Source: an uncultured Rhodospirillaceae bacterium (GTDB lineage Bacteria > Pseudomonadota > Alphaproteobacteria > SP197). Taken from it: DNA of 64,000 nucleotides. The notes beneath the pieces were generated by a model that was not told the origin of the DNA, ran no database searches, and saw only the letters and a program-made list of their open reading frames with translations. This document shows, piece by piece, positions 58,736-64,000 of the stretch; within the stretch, counting starts at the first letter, position 1; each line of letters begins with the position of its first letter. The translations under genes and the position numbers were made by a program. The stretch covers positions 6,004 through 70,003 of the forward strand of contig CALGGB010000065.1 in the NCBI GenBank assembly GCA_937880925.1, written 5' to 3'.

Positions 58736-60289
58736 CTACCCTGCCGCGACCTGCCCCCAGGGCGACATGACAAAGGCACAGCCGTGGCGTTCGACGCCCA
58801 GGTCATGGACCGCATTGGGGCAGGCATAGAGCGCCGGCGTCACCGCATAGGGCACCTCGGTCGTCTTCCAGCGTGCGGCGAGGGCAGCGCGGGCGTCCGC
58901 CGGCATACGCGTATCGGCCGCGACCAGGCTTGCGCCGCTGACATCCAGGCGCGGCGTGTGAAAGGCCTGATCCAGGGTCATGCCGTGATCGACCATGAAC
59001 GAGATGAGCTGCATCACCGCCGGGAAGATGCGCCGGCCGCCTGAGGCGCCGAGCGCGAAGTTGCCGCCCTGGCGCGTCACCACGGCCGGGCACATGTTCG
59101 ACAGGGGCCGCCGGCCCGGAGCCATGGCGTTGGGCCCGCCGGGGCGGGGATCGAACCACATGATGCCGTTGTTCATCAGGAAGCCGATGTTCGGCAGCAG
59201 CACGCGGCTGCCGAAGACCGAAAGCAGGGTCTGGGTCAGCGCCACCATGTTGCCCCTGGCATCGACCACGGTGAGATGGGTGGTGCAGCTTTCGCCATTG
59301 CCCTCGCCCATGGTTTCCAGCCGGTGGCGATAGGCGGCAAAGAGCGACTCGGCATAAGCGGTGTAGGCCGCCGCATCGGGTGTCTTTCCCGAAGCGCTCC
59401 AACCGTCTTCCAGCCGCGCCAGGGCATCGAGCAAGGTCGGGCCGGCGTTGAGGCCGGGCGGCACATGGATCGTGGCGTCGCGGTAACGCGCGGTCTGCGT
59501 GTCGACCAGGCGGGCCTCGTAGGCGGCCAGATCCTCCCGATCGAGCTTGCCGCCGACCGCGGCCATGTCCGCGGCGATGGTGGCGGCGATATCGCCCTTG
59601 TAGAAGTCATCCGGGCCGGCATCGCGCAGGCGCTCCAGTGTGGCGACCTGGGCGTCGGCCTGGAGCGTCATCAGGTTGTCGGGATCGATGCTGACCGGGG
59701 GCAGGCCGTCGGGCAGGAAGAAGTCGGCCGCCGCCCGGTTCTGGGCCAGGCCGCGGGCCTCCACGGCGATGCGCAGGGTGGCGTACCAGTCGACCTTCAT
59801 GCCACGGCGGGCAAGATCGATCGCCGGGGCGATGGCTTCCGCCCAGGGCAGCGTGCCGAAGCGCTCCAGCGCCAGCGCCCAGCCCGCGACCGTGCCCGGC
59901 GTGGCGACCGAAAGCGGCCCCTGGACATTGCGGTCGTCGACCACCAGCGGCCAGCCGAAGAGATCGTCGTCGGTGCCGCCTTCCTTCAGCGGATAGTCCG
60001 CGGGATCGAGACGCTTTGGCGCCACGCAGCCGAAGTCGATCGCCCTGGTCGAGCCCGTCTCGGCATCGTAGATCACCATGTAGCCGCAGCCGCCGATGCC
60101 GCTCATCCATGGCTCGGCCACACCGATGGCCAGACCCGTGGCGATGGCGGCGTCGACCGCATTGCCGCCGTCGGCCAGCACCTGGGCCCCGATGGCCGAG
60201 GCCTCGTGGTGATGGCTGGCAACCAGCCCCTTCTCGGAGACGACGGCGGGCTTGCTGACCTGCCAGGTTTCGGTGAGCCGTGCGGCCAT
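58736..60289 (-). CDS. ggt: Gamma-glutamyltransferase family protein
   Basis: 517 aa. Autoprocessing Thr region ESCTTHLTVVDARGNMVALTQTLL. GGT-family conservation throughout. Confidence 0.85.
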   Translation of the reverse strand: MAARLTETWQVSKPAVVSEKGLVASHHHEASAIGAQVLADGGNAVDAAIATGLAIGVAEPWMSGIGGCGYMVIYDAETGSTRAIDFGCVAPKRLDPADYPLKEGGTDDDLFGWPLVVDDRNVQGPLSVATPGTVAGWALALERFGTLPWAEAIAPAIDLARRGMKVDWYATLRIAVEARGLAQNRAAADFFLPDGLPPVSIDPDNLMTLQADAQVATLERLRDAGPDDFYKGDIAATIAADMAAVGGKLDREDLAAYEARLVDTQTARYRDATIHVPPGLNAGPTLLDALARLEDGWSASGKTPDAAAYTAYAESLFAAYRHRLETMGEGNGESCTTHLTVVDARGNMVALTQTLLSVFGSRVLLPNIGFLMNNGIMWFDPRPGGPNAMAPGRRPLSNMCPAVVTRQGGNFALGASGGRRIFPAVMQLISFMVDHGMTLDQAFHTPRLDVSGASLVAADTRMPADARAALAARWKTTEVPYAVTPALYACPNAVHDLGVERHGCAFVMSPWGQVAAG

Positions 60290-60387
60290 TGCTTGTTCTC
60301 TCCCTTTACCTATCGCGCGGGAGCCTACGTCGGCTAAGCTTGCGCGTCATCTTTCGCGCGACCGCACTGCCATCTGGAGTTCCCCTC

Positions 60388-61686
60388 GTGAGTCATCCCC
60401 TCTTTGCCGACGACATGAAGCTTACCCCCTACTGGTGGGATGATGCGCCGCGCCCGGAGATTCCCCACCAGCCGATCCCCGACAAGGTCGACGTCGCCAT
60501 CGTGGGCGCGGGCTACACGGGCCTGACCGCCGCCATCGTTCTGGCGCGCGCGGGACGCAGCGTGCATGTCTTCGATGCTCAGGACGCGGCGTGGGGGTGC
60601 AGCGCACGCAACGGCGGCCAGATCGGCTCTGGCGTCAAACCCGGTGTCGACGACCTGACGCGCCACTATGGCCGCGAGACCGCCCACGCCATCATGAACG
60701 AGGGCTACGAAAGCCTGCGCTACGTCAAATCCTTCATCGAGAACGAGGGCATCGACTGCGACCTGCGGACCTGCGGCCGTTTCATCGGCGCGCACCGGCC
60801 CAGCCGCTACGAGCAGCTCGCCGAGGGCTTCGAGAAGGTCAAGGACATCGTGCCGCTGGAGTGGCACATGGTGCCCAAGTCGGAGATGGCGAGCGAGATC
60901 GGCACGGACGCCTACCACGGCGGCGCGATCCTGCCGCACCATGCCGCGCTGCAGCCGGCCAAGTACGCCAACGGCCTGGTCGAGCTCGCGCAAAAGGCCG
61001 GCGCCGTGATCCACACCCATACGCCCGTGCTGGGCATCGACCAGAAGGAAGGCGCCAACGGCATCGTCACCAGCCGCGGCAAGACCATCGCGCGCGACGT
61101 GATCGTGGCGACCAACGGCTACACCAAGGGCATCACGCCCAAGCTGCAGCGCCGGGTGATTCCCATCGGCAGCTACATGATCGCCACGGAAGAGATCCCC
61201 GACGAGATCATGCGCCGCATCTACCCGCGCGAGCACGTCACCTCCGACACGCGCAAGGTGGTCTACTACTATCGCCCCTCGCCCGATCACAAACGGGTCG
61301 TCTTCGGCGGCCGCGTGGCGCTGAAGGAAAGCGATCCGAAGGTCTCGGGCCCGCGCCTGCACGCCGTGATGGCGGGCCTCTTCCCGGAACTGACTCACAC
61401 CAAGATCAGCCATACCTGGATGGGCTTCGTCGCCTACACCTTCGACCACCTACCCCATGTCGGGCAGCGCGACGGCCTGTGGTACGCCATGGGCTACTGC
61501 GGTTCGGGTGTGGCCTGGGCGAGCTACATGGGCCACAAGATCGGCCACAAGGTGCTGGGCGACGGCGAGGGCGGCACGTCCTTCGACAAGATCGATTTCC
61601 CGACCCGGCCGCTCTACACCGGCGACCCCTGGTTCCTGTCCCTGGCCGTCGCCTATTACCAGGCGATGGACCGATGGGGTCCGTGA
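60388..61686 (+). CDS. FAD-dependent oxidoreductase (DAO family; PuuB/DadA-like)
   Basis: GTG start. Rossmann motif VDVAIVGAGYTGLTAAIVLARAGRSVHVFD. DAO-family C-terminal region. Confidence 0.75.
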   Translation: MSHPLFADDMKLTPYWWDDAPRPEIPHQPIPDKVDVAIVGAGYTGLTAAIVLARAGRSVHVFDAQDAAWGCSARNGGQIGSGVKPGVDDLTRHYGRETAHAIMNEGYESLRYVKSFIENEGIDCDLRTCGRFIGAHRPSRYEQLAEGFEKVKDIVPLEWHMVPKSEMASEIGTDAYHGGAILPHHAALQPAKYANGLVELAQKAGAVIHTHTPVLGIDQKEGANGIVTSRGKTIARDVIVATNGYTKGITPKLQRRVIPIGSYMIATEEIPDEIMRRIYPREHVTSDTRKVVYYYRPSPDHKRVVFGGRVALKESDPKVSGPRLHAVMAGLFPELTHTKISHTWMGFVAYTFDHLPHVGQRDGLWYAMGYCGSGVAWASYMGHKIGHKVLGDGEGGTSFDKIDFPTRPLYTGDPWFLSLAVAYYQAMDRWGP

Positions 61687-61702
61687 GGCTGGCTGCTCCA
61701 GC

Positions 61703-62314
61703 TTAGGGCTGGGGTGCCGCCGCGCAGCAGGAACCGGGGCTGACCACCACGTCGTTGACGTAGTCCTGCGCGATGCCGTGGACGACATCGAGGCCGAAGC
61801 GTGCGGGATCGTAGGCGTGGCGCAGCCATAGTCCATAGGCCAGTGCAATCAGGGTCTGGGCAATGCCCTCGCGGCGCGCCTCGATCACCAGGTCGGCGAG
61901 AATCGGGCGCAGCAGTTCCAGCAAGCGGTCGTCGAAGGCGTTCTGGATGCGGGCAAAGCCGGCATGTTCGGAGACCTGTGTGTAGAAGCTGAGCCAGGCG
62001 CTGATCGCCTCGGGCGAGCGCTGGCCCGGCGCGAAATGGCCCTCGAGGAAACCCATCAGCCGCTCCAGCGGCGTCGTGCCGGCCGCGATTCCGGCCTCGA
62101 CGTCGGAAAGCGTCTGGTCGACCAGCATCTGCATGGTCTCCTCGAAGAGTTCGCCCTTGCCGTCGAAGTAGTGATTCACCAGGCCCACGGAAAGGCCCGC
62201 ACGCTTGCAGATGCGCGCGACCGTGGCGTTCTGGAAGCCGTCGTGGTGAATCGCGCCGATCGTCGCCTCGATCAACTGGCGGCGACGCACCGGCTCCATG
62301 CCGACCTTGGGCAA
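61703..62314 (-). CDS. betI: TetR-family regulator, BetI-like (choline-responsive repressor)
   Basis: 203 aa. MPKVGMEPVRRRQLIEATIGAIHHDGFQNATVARICKRAGLSVGLVNHYF... is collinear with E. coli BetI ([26 protein letters not shown]...). Confidence 0.75.
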   Translation of the reverse strand: MPKVGMEPVRRRQLIEATIGAIHHDGFQNATVARICKRAGLSVGLVNHYFDGKGELFEETMQMLVDQTLSDVEAGIAAGTTPLERLMGFLEGHFAPGQRSPEAISAWLSFYTQVSEHAGFARIQNAFDDRLLELLRPILADLVIEARREGIAQTLIALAYGLWLRHAYDPARFGLDVVHGIAQDYVNDVVVSPGSCCAAAPQP

Positions 62315-62318
62315 CGGC

Positions 62319-63998
62319 TCAGTCCACGATGCCCAGATCGCGTTTCTTCTGGGCCGCCCAAGCCTGGATGATGCGGTCGGCGATCATCGCCATCAGCGCC
62401 ATCGAGCCGCCGGCGATGAAACCCTGGCCGAAGCGCGCGTTGGTCAGGCTGTCGTAGACCCACTGGCCCAGGCCCTTGGTGCCGACCAGCGCGGCGATGA
62501 CCAGCATGGCCAAGGCGAACATGATGACCTGGTTGAGACCCAGCATGATCTCCGGAATCGCCAGCGGCAGCTTCACCCGCCACAGCACCTGACGTTCCGT
62601 GCAGCCCATCATGCGCGCGGCCTCGACCGCGACCGGATCGACATTGCGCAGGCCGTATTCGGTGTAACGGATGGCCGGCACGATGGCGTACATCATGATC
62701 GCCAGCAGGGCCGAGAAATCGCCCACCAGGAAGACCATGATGACCGGGATCAGGAAGACGAAGAGCGGCATCGTCTGCATGGTGTCGTTGATCGGCCGCA
62801 GCACGGCGCTCGCCCGGTCGCTCTGGGCCGCCCAGATGCCCAGCGCGCCGCCGATGACGAAGCAGAACAGCACCGAGGTGGCGGTCAGGTAAAACGAGAG
62901 CATAGCGCGCGGCCAGGCGCCGGTCGAAAGCATGAAGGCCATGCCGAGGAAAGCAAACAGCGCCGTCTTCCAGCCGCCGACCTGATAGGCGATCAGCGTC
63001 ACCGCGGCGACGAAGGCCGGCCAGGGTGTGCCCGTCGAGCCAAAGAAGTAGAGCACGCCCAGCAAACCGACCACGACACCCGCGCGCCAGTTGAACAGGC
63101 GCACCATGCCCGCACCCAGGCCCAGAACGATCGCCCAGTAGATCGCCGCCGCGGTCTGGGTCATGGAGAAGCCCCAGGACTGGGGCCGGGCGATGTTGTC
63201 GAGACCGGCCTTCATGGGCAGCATGAAGTAGTAGAGCGTCCAGGTCTTGACCGCGTCCGTGGCAAAGAAGAATTCGCGCGTGAACCAGCTCACCGCATCG
63301 TTGAGCGGCTCGGCGGGGTAGAAGACGAGTGCCGCGGGATAGTCCTTGAAGAAGGGCATCAGGTGCGAGAGCACGATGCCGATGCCGGTCGCCGCCACCG
63401 CCGCCCACAGATAGGGATGGCGCTGCAGGAAGTTGCCGCCGGCGTGCAGCGGGATATCGCCGGTGCGTTCGGCAAAGCCGCGGCTGATACGGTCCATGAT
63501 CATGGCCATGACCACGATGACGATGCCGGCAAGCAGGCTCTGACCCGTCTGGGCCTTGCGCATGGTCGAGAGCACTTCCCAGCCGATATCGGCAAAGCCG
63601 CCGATGATGGCTGCAATGATGACCATGGAGAGAGCAGCCATGATGGTCTGGTTGACGCCGACCATGATGGTCGGGGTGGCCGCCGGGATGCGCACCTGGA
63701 AGAGGAGCTGGAAACGGTTGCAGCCCGACATCTCGCCGCTCTCGATGACGTCGTCGGAGACGCGGCGCAGGCCCAGCATGACGTTGCGCACCATGGGCGG
63801 GCTGGCATAGATCGCCGAGGCGACCATGCCGACCACCGGGCCGACGCCGAACAGGATCAGGATGGGCACCAGATAGGCAAAGGTCGGCACAGTCTGCATG
63901 ACATCGAGCGTGGGCTCGACGACACGGCGCGCCCAGCGGTACTGGAAGGCCATCAGCCCCATGACCAGGCCGATGGTCAGGGACAGCGGCACCGACAT
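62319..63998 (-). CDS. Fused tandem-domain ABC transporter permease (glycine betaine/choline/proline type); may extend beyond the window end
   Basis: 559 aa with two BPD_transp_1 domains (two EAA-like loops: ...EAARMMGCTERQVLWRVKLPLA... and ...SGCNRFQLLFQVRIPAA...). Lies immediately upstream of and co-oriented with betI. The putative ATG at 63996-63998 is 2 nt from the window edge. Confidence 0.65.
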   Translation of the reverse strand: MSVPLSLTIGLVMGLMAFQYRWARRVVEPTLDVMQTVPTFAYLVPILILFGVGPVVGMVASAIYASPPMVRNVMLGLRRVSDDVIESGEMSGCNRFQLLFQVRIPAATPTIMVGVNQTIMAALSMVIIAAIIGGFADIGWEVLSTMRKAQTGQSLLAGIVIVVMAMIMDRISRGFAERTGDIPLHAGGNFLQRHPYLWAAVAATGIGIVLSHLMPFFKDYPAALVFYPAEPLNDAVSWFTREFFFATDAVKTWTLYYFMLPMKAGLDNIARPQSWGFSMTQTAAAIYWAIVLGLGAGMVRLFNWRAGVVVGLLGVLYFFGSTGTPWPAFVAAVTLIAYQVGGWKTALFAFLGMAFMLSTGAWPRAMLSFYLTATSVLFCFVIGGALGIWAAQSDRASAVLRPINDTMQTMPLFVFLIPVIMVFLVGDFSALLAIMMYAIVPAIRYTEYGLRNVDPVAVEAARMMGCTERQVLWRVKLPLAIPEIMLGLNQVIMFALAMLVIAALVGTKGLGQWVYDSLTNARFGQGFIAGGSMALMAMIADRIIQAWAAQKKRDLGIVD

Positions 63999-64000
63999 GC

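Noticed and set aside
60334-61449. 371-aa ORF on the - strand
   Set aside because: Antisense to the DAO-family oxidoreductase, which has a clear Rossmann motif on the + strand.

Overview
This is a high-GC chromosomal window from an alphaproteobacterium, with about 65 protein-coding genes on both strands. I found no rRNA, tRNA, CRISPR array, IS element or integrase. Most of the window is housekeeping and accessory metabolism:

- Fe-S cluster assembly: a complete Rrf2-regulated suf operon (sufBCDS-sufU-sufT-sufA).
- Transport: the general L-amino-acid ABC operon aapJQMP; a peptide/opp-like binding protein plus two permeases with no ATPase gene; several MFS and DMT transporters, including one tandem pair of DMT paralogs; and an ABC-F ATPase.
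- Individual enzymes: a molybdopterin oxidoreductase, a beta carbonic anhydrase, GGT, a nitroreductase, a Rieske oxygenase, an FAD monooxygenase with PhyH, thioesterase and MFS neighbours, and a HAL-family lyase.
- Other single genes: MeaB, RecX, a lytic transglycosylase, and a betI-like regulator next to a fused osmoprotectant-type ABC permease.

The most unusual locus is a tightly coupled minus-strand operon at 21397-23941. It encodes a 595-aa membrane protein made of two DUF1538-like repeats, followed by two paralogous P-II-like (GlnB-like) signalling proteins. All three genes are joined by ATGA stop/start overlaps. This looks like an uncharacterised transporter with dedicated P-II-type regulators.

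Other points worth a second look:

- An EcfG-type promoter (GGAAC-N16-CGTT) sits ahead of a small stress island (Pmp3/YqaE, DUF4112, a membrane-anchored protein, a holin-family protein and a DUF3618 protein).
- The AsmA-family gene is interrupted by one in-frame TAG.
- The HAL-family lyase lacks the Gly of the Ala-Ser-Gly MIO triad.
- An orphan ABC ATPase has a degenerate signature motif and H-loop.
- A perfect 9-bp inverted repeat, a candidate operator, lies upstream of the Rrf2-suf operon.
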